Part shown: positions 47,001 to 56,164 of the stretch, piece by piece
Layout of the letters: each line of letters opens with the position of its first letter
Position numbering within the stretch: position 1 is the first letter of the stretch
Source: Verrucomicrobiota bacterium
GTDB lineage: Bacteria; Verrucomicrobiota; Verrucomicrobiia; Limisphaerales; Palsa-1400
Length of the DNA stretch: 64,000 nt
Assembly (NCBI GenBank): GCA_049510745.1
Contig: JBEKYR010000021.1
Location: 1 to 64,000 of the forward strand
Reading direction: 5' to 3'
Notes under the pieces: model-generated
Told to the model about the DNA's origin: nothing
The model's input: the letters and a program-made list of their open reading frames with translations, nothing else
The model's database searches: none
Translations under genes and position numbers: made by a program

Positions 47001-47706
47001 CGGCGTTTGACCAACCGGATGTGTCCAGGTTTGTGGCGGTCATGGCCGCCGCGTCGTTCGTTGCGTGGTCATCGGCAAGCCAAACCCATTGCGTGATTGG
47101 AATCCCAGGAGGCTCAAGCTGTGGCGCGCCCGACTGCAAGAGAACCGGCGCATAAATTCCTCCCGGTCCTCCCGTGTTTTGCACCGCCACGGCGAGAACG
47201 TTTGTGCCGCCGGCAATCCAGGCCGGGCTAAGGGGGGAAACGCTGAACGGCACTGACCAGCCCTGGTGCTGCCCAATGAGCGAGCCGTTCAGATACACCG
47301 TCCCATTGTCATCGACGCCCTCGAAATAAATGGCCGCCGGTTGCAGGGGCAAACTGGAGGCGACGATGGTGGAGCGGAACCAAGCGTAGCCGATGCGTCC
47401 GTTAAAGACGTCGGTTCCAATCGCCACATCGGTCCACGCCGAGGTATCCAGGCCCGGCGCCGCCATGGTGGCAGCGTCGTTGGGAGCGTTGTCGTCAGCG
47501 ATCCAAACCCATTGGGTCACCGGAATCCCCGGGGGCGCGATCTCTGAATTGCCATCCACCTCATTCAGATGAAAACGCCAGCCACTGTCCAGCAACTGGC
47601 GTTGTCTTGGCCCGCCGGGCGCGGCGGGTGCGAGCAGCAGAAACACCGCCACGCACGCCGCCGCGCCCATGCTCGGACAGCGGTCAACAGAATGTTCGCT
47701 CTTCAA
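41065..47706 (-). CDS. secreted multimodular GH2 beta-galactosidase-like glycoside hydrolase
   Basis: LPHDY, GWWYEGAGIYR, RCSHNP, RDRNHPSVIMWSMCNE, GSET and WTGFDYKGEP; followed by Fn3, Ig-like and LamG-like modules. Confidence 0.92.
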   Translation of the reverse strand: MKSEHSVDRCPSMGAAACVAVFLLLAPAAPGGPRQRQLLDSGWRFHLNEVDGNSEIAPPGIPVTQWVWIADDNAPNDAATMAAPGLDTSAWTDVAIGTDVFNGRIGYAWFRSTIVASSLPLQPAAIYFEGVDDNGTVYLNGSLIGQHQGWSVPFSVSPLSPAWIAGGTNVLAVAVQNTGGPGGIYAPVLLQSGAPQLEPPGIPITQWVWLADDHATNDAAAMTATNLDTSGWSNAAVGQDVFNGRVGYAWFRASLDALALSARPLSLHFVEVDDNASVYLNGNLIGRHAGGSEAFDIAPLDYAWSSNGPNVLALAVQNTGGSGGIMGPVLLQSGNSVPPPGIPLTQWVWLNDTNAPGDAAAMAATNLNTSAWAKAAVGQDVFQGGAGAAWFRTTLDAAATGGRPLALHFPGFGSNDSASVYLNGALLGEYSGAFDIPALDPFWSGSGPNVLAVAVRNTNGGGGILKPVLLQSGDDLQDISPTDPDFNDSLWRLVQLPHDYVVEGSFTNTAETGHASLPLANAWYRQTFTLPSSAAGQSVWIDFDGVYHNSTVWINSHCLGYWHSGYASFRYDITPYTIAGGTNLLAVHVDPHVDEGWWYEGAGIYRHVWLNMANPLHVAPSGAFVTAQVQGPDSNGNASAGLTITTTITNASALAQTFTLVSQASGPDGLSAGTATTAVTLPAGAVTNVIQSLSIANAHLWSLEMPQLYQLQTSIQQGTQLIDSCVTPFGIRSIYYDVNNGFFLNGKRVELKGMCNHQDLAGVGIGIPDNLFYWRVMKLKERGANAWRCSHNPPSPALLDACDRLGMLVMDENRNLGDATGGYAPTTAQTPYSDLSALASMILRDRNHPSVIMWSMCNEESISGTQAGADIFYAMKKRVLEFDASRPVTCAMNGGWFDLGITLVEDIEGFNYSPGEYDAFHQDYPSQPMYGSETSSAMADRGEYTNDNMAYLSSYSSPEGAWQPVVERPFMAGSFTWTGFDYKGEPTPYGWPCISSKFGILDLCGLPKDMAYYYQAWWGGQPLVHILPHWNWSSGQTISVWCYGNTASIELFLNGVSQGAQTMPAYGHLEWSVPYAAGMLLAKGYDANGNTVATDQAATAGVPAALRLTTDRTTVTADGEDLTVVYASVLDAQGRVVPTASNLVTFSVSAGGMVAGVGNGDPASHEPDRSSQRHAFNGWCMGLIGAQTGGPITLTASSPGLAPATQTFQALSTNSPPAAPSALAAAPGPSQVALNWTINFNATSYNVKRSQVQGGPYTTIANYTAVGYIDTNVTGGATYYYVVSAVNGNGESANSIEASATPGLSALPPSIISQPQSFAASTPIYSNVPITFSVLATNGQPLFYQWREISGGATNIIPGATNSFYTHLTTASDASSSVGFCVVVGNAYGSVTSSVASMAISQVVAGSPGAVSVQCAITNYFGYSGFFLRPGDRAGAYAASNWNVVPVTPSSVLAASGLTVNYLKDTNGTATPLSMTACGISDGWHSGNVSGSSQANTRMMNTFWKARTGSPATLGSGLMQVTFANLNSNQIYNVYLYLNDNTANVADISGGAGVTNYAGPEWQTFSDASNFVQSVDTTPGTPDLGNYVELSGLPPNASNALTIYVQWDSSSSGDGVGVCGFQLVPVNLLQPLVWYKADAMGLHNGARVAVWSDSTGGGRNATNGVVAQQPVFVTNAMNGLPVVRFIAGYSLFLAFPDVISNDFTVACVFQSAQGLGTGTQYWQGAGLVSGDVAGTANKFASSLNASGQILCGDGSPDNSAVSATGYNNGAPHVFTFERVQSTGLISLYVDGVLASSVTGVTASLTSPPRLVLGAQQELSNFFSGDIAEVRIFGGALTDPNRQYMESTLKAKYGIGGSASGLTVPAVPAGLTATPGNGEVGLSWDASSRASSYNIKRASVQGGPYALIANRAATLHMDLGLAAGNYYYVVSATNAAGESANSGEAGATVSCQTPPAPAGLAFTAENGQIILAWPPSPPSPGATGYNVLRSTNAGGPFTMLALNVAATNYADVTITDTATYYYEVEAVNNCGSGPGSAAVAASLADLNIRPALAAVANQTILAGRTLQIQNAATDANSPPQLLRYSLAMAPPGAVMDSAAGLFSWRPTIAQGGATYPVAVAVFDNGLPSLGATQYFMVSVILPMPPTFGALSWSNGVFESFISGDSGPDYSILASTNLATWTPIFTTNSPDTPWLFEDSGATNGSQRFYRVRLGP

Positions 47707-47715
47707 TTGATCCGC

Positions 47716-50700
47716 CTACGGAGCAATAATCTTGTAGAACATTTGCGGCGCCGCCGGCGTCGGCGTCACGGTGTAGGGCGACGAGGCGGAATTGGTCGTC
47801 CACGGTCCAGTGACAGCGGGAGCCTGCAAGAGCGTGCCCGCGGACCACTGCAACTGCACTTGCCCATTGGCCAGGCGCTGGGCGCTCATGGTCACGGCAG
47901 GGCCGAGGTACTGCAACTGGGCGCCATTCAAGCTGCCGTAACTCTTTCCAGCGGCGGCCGTGCATGTCCCGCTCAACGCCGCGCCGGTGACGACAACGTT
48001 GGGGAAGACGACGTAATTGACGCCTTGAACAAAGTTCGTGTCTTGAGTGGGCAACACCGTCTGGCTGACGCCATTGAGGGTCATCACGGCTCCTCCGTTG
48101 GTGGTGAAAGACTCCGTGCCATTGCATGAAAACAGAACCACATTGTAAAAGCCGTTGGGGAGGGTGAATGTGAAACTCGCCGGGGATTCCGTGGGACGGA
48201 TGGTCACGGCGGAATCGAGCAGAGCAATGACAGGTGTGCTGTCCCAATCCCAACATTCAGGGGCAACCACAGTCCAGGTGAAGCCGCGATTAGTGCTCCC
48301 GTCATCCGAAAGGCCGCCGGAACTGGTGAAAGTGCCGCCAGCCGAGGTTGAGGGGCCGATCACCTGATTCCACCAAGTTCCCGTCCCACATCCAGGAACC
48401 CCATGACCGAAGTACTGGAGCACGTCATAGCCGCTCGCGGCGACTGTGGAATGCCATTGGAAGTTGACGGTGAACGGCCCGGCAGCAGGTTGAGCCATGA
48501 CCGTCAAAACCGCCGTGCCGGTCGTGTTCGTGCCCACCGAGTTGTAGGCAACGAGCAGGTAGTAGCCTGAATTAGTCACTGCCAGATTACCAAGAGTCAG
48601 CGTGTCGTTAGTCTGACCCGCCAAGCTGGTGAAGGTGGTTCCGTTCACGCTGAACTGCCACTGATAATAGATCGGCAGTGTGCCCTGAAACGAAGTATCG
48701 CTCAGCGTGACTGAACCGGTGACGAATGCCGTCAACTGCGATGAATTCTGGTTCAAGGAATTGGTGATGTCAGTAACAAAAAACGGCGCCTGCGCCGAAC
48801 TGATGATCAGCGGGGACACTTCGCTCGTCGTTGCGCCGGAACCATTGGTCGCCACCAAATCATAATTTGCGGTCATCCCACCCATTTCCGTCGTATCTAC
48901 CGTCAACGTCAGATTAGTTGCTCCAGTTATGTTGGTCAGAGCGCCGCCGCCGCCGCCATCCGTCTGCCACTGATAGGTAAACGGGCCGGGGCCGGTGACA
49001 TTGGCCGTGACCCCAACCAGCGTGCCGGCATAGACGGCGCTGGACGGCGAAAAAACGGGTGGACTGACAAGGGGATATCCCGGGAGCGTCAAACCCAGGA
49101 TGAATGTCGCGTCCTCGTCGCCGCTTCTGCTGAACTTAATCTGGCCGCCGTTGGGTGGAACCAAACAGGCGCCGCCGTTGTAAACCGGCGGGCTGTTGCT
49201 GACGCACGAGAGACTGTCCCAACCCACGCCCGAGGAGATTCTCCCGAAAGTGAAGGCGTAGCTGGTGCTGGCCGCCAAGGGCACCGAGAAGCCTGTCCAC
49301 CGCAACCAATCCAGGTCGGTGAAGCCGAAATTAGTCTCAGAACTGTAAACCGCGTACGCGATCGCCGTCGATCCGGAGACCGAGTACAGGCGCAATAGAT
49401 ACTCCTGTCCAGTTCCGGCCGCGGGAAGCCCTCCGCTTCCGCCGCCCATTTTCAAAGCCAGCGAATTCAGCACGTATCCGCCCGGATTGCTCCCGGTGGT
49501 GAAGACCTGGCCCGGAGGACTGGCGTTATCGAAGTAGTAGTTCAAACCGTCGGGACTGCCGCCCGCCGACTGGGAGTTCCCAATCACCGGCTGTGCAAGA
49601 TCATTGGCTTCAACAGAAGGCGTGCCGGCGCCCACATCCGTAAGCGTGGCAGTGGTATTCGCGTAAAGGATATTCAAGTCCAAAACGGCGCTCTTTGAAG
49701 AGCCGAAAGAGTTGCTGGCCGTGACGTCGAACTGATAAATGCCGGGATTCCAACCCGTCGTGTTGACAACCAGGTTGGAGCTGTCGTTGCCTGGAATGTT
49801 GGTGATTGTTCCACTGCCACCGTCGGTCTGCCAGTGGTAATGCAGCGGGGCCTGGCCCGTGGCGTTCTCGTTGAGAGTCACTTGGGTTCCCGCCGTGACC
49901 AACCGCGCGGGGGAAGCGGAAAGCGGGTTGGCATACGGAACCGGGCTGGGTCCGACTCCAATGGGCAGCAGCCCCAAATCGAAGACGGCGGCCGAATAGC
50001 CCCCGCCGGCTCCAATCAGCCCGCCGTCCTGTGGGATGATGCAGATGACTCCGTTGGTGTAGGGGCCTGGGGCATTCGTCGGGCTGTAGTTCAGCGCGGC
50101 CCAACCCGTGCCGCTGGAGTCCCGCCCGAACGTGTAAGCATAGGTGGTATTAGGCCTGAGGGTTACCGAGAAACCGCTCCAGGTCAGCCAATCGCCGAAC
50201 GCGTAACTAAAGGCTCCGTTGGTAAAATGCGCCATGAGCGTGGCGTTGTTTCCCTGGATCGTATAAAGAAACAAATGGTACTCCTGCGTGGTCGTGGTGC
50301 CGCCGCCGCCGCCGGTGCCGCCGGTCTGAATGGCAACCGAGTCAAGATAATAACCCTGGGAATTGGTCCCGGTGGTGAAGGTTTGACCGGTGTAATTGCC
50401 GCCGTGATTAGCGCCGTTGTCGTCGTAGTAATTAAGCCCGTTGCCGGAGCCGCCGCCAATGAACTGACTGATATCATACGCGCCGGTGACGATGGTGTCC
50501 CCCGAATCCGTCAAGGTGGCGGCCACGGTGGGATAGGGAATGCCCAACCCCGCCACCGCGCTGGTGACCACGCCTAAGGCGTTGCTCACCACGACGGCGT
50601 AATCGTAAGAGCCTGGATTCCAATTGGAGGTGTTCAGAGACAAAGTCGCGCCGGTGGCGCCGGGGATATTGGTCAAGGCGCCGGTGCCGCCGCCGTCTGT

Positions 50701-51456
50701 GCGCCATTGGTAAGACAGCGTGGGCGTGCCCGCCGCTACTGCCGAAACCGTAACCGCCGTCCCGGCTGCGACGGAGATGGACGGTGAAAGGCCAGGAGGG
50801 TCAACCACAGGCGCCCCCGCTGCGTCCGCCAAGCCAAGGTCGAACGTGGCGACGTAAGTAGCGCTGGAGCCCAGAGTCATCTCGCCCCCGCCTGTCGGGA
50901 CCAGCGCCACGTCGCCGCTGGACGGACTGCCATAGACTGTCGGGCTGCTGCCCATCGTGGCCATGTTCTCCCAGCCATTGCCTGAGGAAATCCTGCCAAA
51001 GGAGTAGGCAAATTCAGCATTCGGCGCCAGGGCCAGCCCAAGATTGGTCCACTGCAGCCAATCAGTATCGACAAAAATGAAATTGTTCGTGGAAACGTAG
51101 GACGTCAGAAACGTCGCGTTGGATACACCGGAAACGGCGTAAAAACGCAGTAAATAGGCCTGTCCTCCCGCCGGAATCGAGCCGCTGCCGCCAGCGGTTT
51201 GAAGCGCCAGGGAGGTGATGATGTACCCATTGGCATCGCTCCCGGTGGTGAACGTTTGTCCGGGCGGCGACCCGTTGTCGAAGTAATAATTCAAACCATC
51301 CGGGTTGACGGTGCCGCCAGACCAATTGGTCTGGTAAATGTCGTAGGAACCAGCCGTCGGCGCAACGGCGCCGATGTCCGTAAGTGTCGCGAGGGATTGC
51401 GCTGAAGCGGCTCCTGCCAGAGCGGTGGCCAGCGCCATAATCAATGTTTTTTTCAT
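47716..51456 (-). CDS. secreted Ig-like repeat protein with three copies of an uncharacterised domain
   Basis: Signal peptide; three GLNYY..GQ.FTTG units each followed by Y.W.TDGG Ig-like modules; no catalytic motif recognised. Confidence 0.85.
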   Translation of the reverse strand: MKKTLIMALATALAGAASAQSLATLTDIGAVAPTAGSYDIYQTNWSGGTVNPDGLNYYFDNGSPPGQTFTTGSDANGYIITSLALQTAGGSGSIPAGGQAYLLRFYAVSGVSNATFLTSYVSTNNFIFVDTDWLQWTNLGLALAPNAEFAYSFGRISSGNGWENMATMGSSPTVYGSPSSGDVALVPTGGGEMTLGSSATYVATFDLGLADAAGAPVVDPPGLSPSISVAAGTAVTVSAVAAGTPTLSYQWRTDGGGTGALTNIPGATGATLSLNTSNWNPGSYDYAVVVSNALGVVTSAVAGLGIPYPTVAATLTDSGDTIVTGAYDISQFIGGGSGNGLNYYDDNGANHGGNYTGQTFTTGTNSQGYYLDSVAIQTGGTGGGGGTTTTQEYHLFLYTIQGNNATLMAHFTNGAFSYAFGDWLTWSGFSVTLRPNTTYAYTFGRDSSGTGWAALNYSPTNAPGPYTNGVICIIPQDGGLIGAGGGYSAAVFDLGLLPIGVGPSPVPYANPLSASPARLVTAGTQVTLNENATGQAPLHYHWQTDGGSGTITNIPGNDSSNLVVNTTGWNPGIYQFDVTASNSFGSSKSAVLDLNILYANTTATLTDVGAGTPSVEANDLAQPVIGNSQSAGGSPDGLNYYFDNASPPGQVFTTGSNPGGYVLNSLALKMGGGSGGLPAAGTGQEYLLRLYSVSGSTAIAYAVYSSETNFGFTDLDWLRWTGFSVPLAASTSYAFTFGRISSGVGWDSLSCVSNSPPVYNGGACLVPPNGGQIKFSRSGDEDATFILGLTLPGYPLVSPPVFSPSSAVYAGTLVGVTANVTGPGPFTYQWQTDGGGGGALTNITGATNLTLTVDTTEMGGMTANYDLVATNGSGATTSEVSPLIISSAQAPFFVTDITNSLNQNSSQLTAFVTGSVTLSDTSFQGTLPIYYQWQFSVNGTTFTSLAGQTNDTLTLGNLAVTNSGYYLLVAYNSVGTNTTGTAVLTVMAQPAAGPFTVNFQWHSTVAASGYDVLQYFGHGVPGCGTGTWWNQVIGPSTSAGGTFTSSGGLSDDGSTNRGFTWTVVAPECWDWDSTPVIALLDSAVTIRPTESPASFTFTLPNGFYNVVLFSCNGTESFTTNGGAVMTLNGVSQTVLPTQDTNFVQGVNYVVFPNVVVTGAALSGTCTAAAGKSYGSLNGAQLQYLGPAVTMSAQRLANGQVQLQWSAGTLLQAPAVTGPWTTNSASSPYTVTPTPAAPQMFYKIIAP

Positions 51457-51707
51457 AAGGCTTGATGAACTAGAGCAGAGTTATTGGTCGTCCCTTTAGC
51501 AAACACGCCTTGGGACTTGCAGCAGCCTAACAAACGCGCCGCATCCCTGTCACCTACCCGTACGGGTAAGGGGTTTGGCCGGATTTATGCGGCTTGGATG
51601 GTGCCGTGGCGGATGGCGCAAACAGCGGTTTCCGTCCGATCCTGCGCGTCCCATCGGGCGAGCAGCCTCTTGGAATGAAACTTGGCGGGGTCTTCCAAAA
51701 AAACCGT

Positions 51708-54083
51708 TCAGCCGCGTTTGCCCCATTTCCAATTCCGAATCTCCGGCAGGTCCTCGCCGTATTTGTCGATGTATTCCTTGTGCTCGATCAGTTTGTCCTT
51801 GAGCTGCTGCTTCAGGTAGATGCCCTTGTCGCCCGTTCGCGGCAGGCGGTCGATGGTGTCCATTACCAGGTGGAAGCGGTCCAGATCGTTGAGCACCGTC
51901 ATGTCAAAGGGCGTGGTGATGGTGCCCTCTTCCTTGTAGCCGCGGACGTGGATGTTGTCGTGGTTGCGGCGGCGGTAGGTGAGCCGGTGGATCAACCACG
52001 GATAGGCATGGAAGGCGAAGATGACCGGCTTGTCCTTCGTGAAAAGCTCGTCGAATTCCAGGTCGCTCAACCCGTGCGGATGCTCGGTTTGCGGCTGGAG
52101 CTTCATCAGGTCAACGACGTTGACCACCCGGATTTTCAGGTCGGGCAGATGCTCGCGCAGGATGGAAACGGCGGCCAGCGTCTCCAGCGTGGGCACGTCG
52201 CCACAGCAGGCCATGACCACGTCGGGCGCCACGTCCTGGTCGTTGCTGGCCCATTGCCAGATGCCGATGCCCTTGGTGCAATGCTTGACGGCGGCGTCCA
52301 TCGTCAGCCACTGCGGCGCCGGGTGTTTGCCCGCGATCACGACGTTGACGTAATGGCGGCTGCGCAGGCAATGGTCCATCACCGAGAGCAGGCAGTTGGC
52401 GTCCGGCGGAAGGTAAACCCGCACGACCTCGGCCTTCTTGTTCATGACGTGGTCGATGAAGCCGGGGTCCTGGTGGGTGAAGCCGTTGTGGTCCTGGCGC
52501 CAGACATGCGAGGCCAGCAGGTAGTTTAACGAGGCGACCTTCCGCCGCCACGGCAAATGCGATGTGACCTTCAGCCACTTGGCGTGCTGGTTGAACATCG
52601 AATCCACGATGTGGATGAACGCTTCGTAGCAGTTGAACAGTCCATGCCGCCCGGTGAGCAGGTAGCCCTCCAGCCAGCCCTCGCATTGGTGCTCGCTGAG
52701 CATTTCCACCACGCGGCCGGCGGGCGCGAGAAACTCGTCGTTCGGCACGGTCGCGGCGTCCCACTGGCGTTGGGTCACTTCAAAGAGCGCTTCCAGGCCG
52801 TTGGAGAGCGTCTCGTCCGGGCCAAAGACCCGGAAATTCCGCTGCTCGCTGTTGAGCTTGGCCACGTCGCGCAGGAACCGCCCAAGCACGTGCGTGTCGC
52901 CAATGCCAGGCGACCCGGGCGAGGGCACCTCGACCGCGTAGTCGCGGAAATCCGGCATCCGCAAGTCGCGGAGCAGGATGCCGCCGTTGGCATGGGGATT
53001 GGCGCCCATGCGCCGTTCGCCCTTGGGAGCCAGTTCGGCCAATTCCGGTTTCAGGCGGCCCTGCTCGTCGAAGAGTTCCTCCGGCCGGTAGCTCCTGAGC
53101 CAATCCTCCAACAGTTTAAGGTGTTCGGGATGGGAGGCCGGGTCGGAAAGCGGCACTTGGTGCGAACGGAACGTGCCTTCCACCTGCAGGCCATCGACCA
53201 TCTTCGGCCCCGTCCAGCCCTTGGGTGAATTGAGGACGATCATCGGCCAGCGCGGACGCTCGCTGTGTCCGTGAACGCGGGCGTCTTGCTGGATTAGTTT
53301 GATCTGCTCCACCGCCGTGTCGAGCATCGCCGCCATGGCCTCGTGCATCAGCGCCGGCTCGTGACCTTCGACGAAGTAAGGCGTCCACCCGTAGCCGCGG
53401 AGCAACTGCTCCAATTCCTCGCGGGTGATGCGGGCCAGGAGGGTCGGGTTGGAAATCTTGTAGCCGTTGAGATGCAGGATCGGCAGCACCGCGCCGTCGG
53501 TGCCCGGATTGAGGAACTTGTTGGAATGCCACGCCGTGGCCAGCGGTCCGGTTTCCGCCTCGCCATCGCCGACGACGCAGGCGACGATGAGATCGGGATT
53601 GTCGAACACCGCCCCGAACGAATGGCTGAGCGAATAGCCCAGTTCTCCGCCCTCGTGAATCGAGCCTGGGCATTCCGGCGAGGCGTGGCTGGGAATCCCG
53701 CCGGGAAACGAAAACTGAAGAAAGAGCTTTCGCAGCCCGGCCTCATCCTGGCTGATGTTGGGATAAATCTCGCTGTAAGTGCCCTCCAGGTAAGTGTTGC
53801 CCACCACGGCCGGGCCGCCGTGCCCGGGGCCGGAGACGTAAATCATGTCGAGGTCGTATTTCTTGATGACCCGGTTCAAGTGGGCGTAAATGAAGTTCTG
53901 CCCCGGGGTCGTGCCCCAGTGTCCCAGCAGCATGTGCTTGACATCCGCCAGCGTCAGCGGCCGCTTCAACAGCGGATTGTCGTAAAGATAAATCTGGCCG
54001 ACCGACAGATAGTTGGCGGCCCGCCAGTAGGCGTCCATCTTGTGGAGCAGTTCCGGCGTCAGAGTCGGTGCTTTTGTTTTCAT
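51708..54083 (-). CDS. xfp: phosphoketolase (XFP family)
   Basis: [31 protein letters not shown] and [12 protein letters not shown]. Confidence 0.96.
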   Translation of the reverse strand: MKTKAPTLTPELLHKMDAYWRAANYLSVGQIYLYDNPLLKRPLTLADVKHMLLGHWGTTPGQNFIYAHLNRVIKKYDLDMIYVSGPGHGGPAVVGNTYLEGTYSEIYPNISQDEAGLRKLFLQFSFPGGIPSHASPECPGSIHEGGELGYSLSHSFGAVFDNPDLIVACVVGDGEAETGPLATAWHSNKFLNPGTDGAVLPILHLNGYKISNPTLLARITREELEQLLRGYGWTPYFVEGHEPALMHEAMAAMLDTAVEQIKLIQQDARVHGHSERPRWPMIVLNSPKGWTGPKMVDGLQVEGTFRSHQVPLSDPASHPEHLKLLEDWLRSYRPEELFDEQGRLKPELAELAPKGERRMGANPHANGGILLRDLRMPDFRDYAVEVPSPGSPGIGDTHVLGRFLRDVAKLNSEQRNFRVFGPDETLSNGLEALFEVTQRQWDAATVPNDEFLAPAGRVVEMLSEHQCEGWLEGYLLTGRHGLFNCYEAFIHIVDSMFNQHAKWLKVTSHLPWRRKVASLNYLLASHVWRQDHNGFTHQDPGFIDHVMNKKAEVVRVYLPPDANCLLSVMDHCLRSRHYVNVVIAGKHPAPQWLTMDAAVKHCTKGIGIWQWASNDQDVAPDVVMACCGDVPTLETLAAVSILREHLPDLKIRVVNVVDLMKLQPQTEHPHGLSDLEFDELFTKDKPVIFAFHAYPWLIHRLTYRRRNHDNIHVRGYKEEGTITTPFDMTVLNDLDRFHLVMDTIDRLPRTGDKGIYLKQQLKDKLIEHKEYIDKYGEDLPEIRNWKWGKRG

Positions 54084-54203
54084 CGTTCAATCCCTTTTCG
54101 GTCGTGTCCGAAACCTGATATTCGCCTCCCTGCCGCGAAACGTAAATCAAAAGTTAACGACACCCGTCTCGATCCCGGCCTTCTCTTCTGACGCGAATCC
54201 TGC

Positions 54204-54359
54204 TCAAATTCTGCCCAGCAGAAGCAGGACCACGAGGAGAACCAGAACCAAGCCCAGTCCGCCGCTCGGATAATAACCCCATTTCCGGCTGTGCGGCCAG
54301 GTAGGGAGGGCGCCGAGCAACATGAGAACGAGCAGTACCACTAAGACAGTGCCTAACAT
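54204..54359 (-). CDS. DUF3309-family small membrane protein (51 aa, absent from ORF track)
   Basis: My translation: MLGTVLVVLLVLMLLGALPTWPHSRKWGYYPSGGLGLVLVLLVVLLLLGRI; RBS AAGGA upstream. Confidence 0.88.
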   Translation of the reverse strand: MLGTVLVVLLVLMLLGALPTWPHSRKWGYYPSGGLGLVLVLLVVLLLLGRI

Positions 54360-54541
54360 AATTGTCCTTTCAAGGTGCGAAATGTGTTCAGCCGGCCCGC
54401 CAGCAGCGGTCGTGCGCTGTCTGACTTTCCATTTTGGATGAGTCGTCTGCTTTTCGTCACATGAGAATAGAACCGAAAAACCGCGCTCGCGCTATGGGGT
54501 GTTACCCTACCAAACATGATCAATCCAGCCTTGGCGGGCGC

Positions 54542-55102
54542 TCAAGGCAGCGAGGTCTGCGGCGTTTTTGTTTTCGAAAGCAACAGCGCGAACACTTCCT
54601 GATAAAGGTTCTTCATATCCTCACTCACGCCTGCCAGCGCGCGGGCGCGATCGGGTTGAGACTCGTTTTCGCCGGCGACTTTCGCCAAATGCCAGGCATA
54701 ACTCAGCGCCTCGGTCTGGGTCAAAAGCAAGCTCAACTCAAATTCGTCGCCGGTTTGACCCAATAATTCCTTCTTTTCGGTGGAAGCAATCGCTTCGCGT
54801 GTGGCTGCCTCCCCTGGTGGAAGCCGGATGTCGTCCAGATCGATCGAAGGATCATGTCTGGCGAATTCTTCCAACAGCTTTGATCCGGCCCCGGAAGCAG
54901 CGGCAATCTTTTTCACCAGGTTCTTGACATCGGAATGTTCCCGCTTGATGAAGCGCAGGATGCTGACGTCCTTTTGTTCGTCCAGGAGTTGATGGAGCAA
55001 ACTGTAGCAATTGTTTCGCGTCGATGGCGCAGCACCGCTCCCGGCCGGAGACCCGCCCTTTGGCGATTGACAGCCGGTCAGCATGCAAGCGACCGATAAC
55101 AT
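54542..55102 (-). CDS. hypothetical lipoprotein (ferritin-like helical, DUF4142-like); 5' end possibly lost
   Basis: Lipobox LTGC; helical body; abuts the truncated aldehyde dehydrogenase. Confidence 0.55.
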   Translation of the reverse strand: MLSVACMLTGCQSPKGGSPAGSGAAPSTRNNCYSLLHQLLDEQKDVSILRFIKREHSDVKNLVKKIAAASGAGSKLLEEFARHDPSIDLDDIRLPPGEAATREAIASTEKKELLGQTGDEFELSLLLTQTEALSYAWHLAKVAGENESQPDRARALAGVSEDMKNLYQEVFALLLSKTKTPQTSLP

Positions 55103-55137
55103 CACCAAAGGCAAGTTGAAGCAGAAGTGGGCCAAGC

Positions 55138-55497
55138 TCACGGATAGCGATCTCCAGTGTCCGCGCTGAGCGCCACTTCGCCCCGGGCCTGCTCGATGAG
55201 CTTGCCCATTTCGAGCGTCACCGGGCGGGCGAACTCGTCCACGCGCGCGCGCATGATGGCGGCGGCCTTTGCGGCCATGACCGCTCGCCCGGCGAACGTC
55301 GTGCGCCGCCATGTCTCAAAGCAGGTCGCGGCGGTTTTAAGCGCCTTCTCAAGCTGCTTGTCGGTGAGTTCCCTGAACGTCTTCAGGATTCTGCCGTCGT
55401 AAGGGTTGACGCTTTGGTAGGCCGGCCGAATCTCCGGGTTCGCAGTTTTTGGCATGGAAATAATCCGGTTTGGCCGGTCAATGATGTGTTTGGCCAT
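55138..55497 (-). pseudogene. N-terminal fragment of a succinate-semialdehyde dehydrogenase-like ALDH
   Basis: YQSVNPYDG..TLEMGKLIEQARGEV, then stop after about 120 aa; no catalytic domain. Confidence 0.85.
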
Positions 55498-55546
55498 GAT
55501 TTTTATCGTTTTTCCGGTTCGGTTTGTGTGCTGGAAGGTGGGTCTT

Positions 55547-56095
55547 TTATTTCGGCGCCTGGGAATGGGCTTCAACAAACCACAGCCATTTATCTATTCC
55601 GCGCGAGATTTCGGTGAACAGATCCGCCGTGTCGGCATCATCCAGTTCGCCTGCTTCATTGATCGTGTGGCGGGCTTCCTCTCCGAAAGTGGACAGTGCC
55701 TTGGCGACCGCTTCGACATGGGCAAGTCCGTCGCCGATGGTGAGCGGATACTCCTCAAGCTGCGAGCGCGCCGCCGCCACGCGCGCCGTGCCCTGGGCGA
55801 TGCCGCCCAGTTGCACGATGCGTTCGGCAATCATGTCCACATACGACTCCACGGCTTCGTCCACCTGGTCAAAGAGTTCGTGCAGGCCGATGAAGCTCGG
55901 GCCTTTCACGTTCCAATGCGCCTGCTTCATCTGCGTTTGCAGATCCACGGCGGACGCCAGCCGCTGGTTCATGAGCGCGTTCAGTTCCGTCCGGCGCTTT
56001 TCTGAGATGTCGTTTTCAGTTTCATATGTTTTGGGCGCTTCCGCGAGGTTGGCGATGGATCTTTTCGTGTTTTGATTCTTAATGGATGTTTTCAT
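55547..56095 (-). CDS. dps: DNA starvation/stationary-phase protection protein
   Basis: KQAHWNVKGPSFIGLHELFD..DMIAERI..DKWLWFVEAH. Confidence 0.95.
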   Translation of the reverse strand: MKTSIKNQNTKRSIANLAEAPKTYETENDISEKRRTELNALMNQRLASAVDLQTQMKQAHWNVKGPSFIGLHELFDQVDEAVESYVDMIAERIVQLGGIAQGTARVAAARSQLEEYPLTIGDGLAHVEAVAKALSTFGEEARHTINEAGELDDADTADLFTEISRGIDKWLWFVEAHSQAPK

Positions 56096-56164
56096 ATTTT
56101 GATTCTTTCATGGTGGGTTGCCTATGACATTTGTTTTACGTCTGCCTGTGAAACCCGAGGTGGT

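Noticed and set aside
54351..54357. GCCTAAC as an attC boundary
   Set aside because: It is the start of the DUF3309 coding sequence on the minus strand and has no partner box
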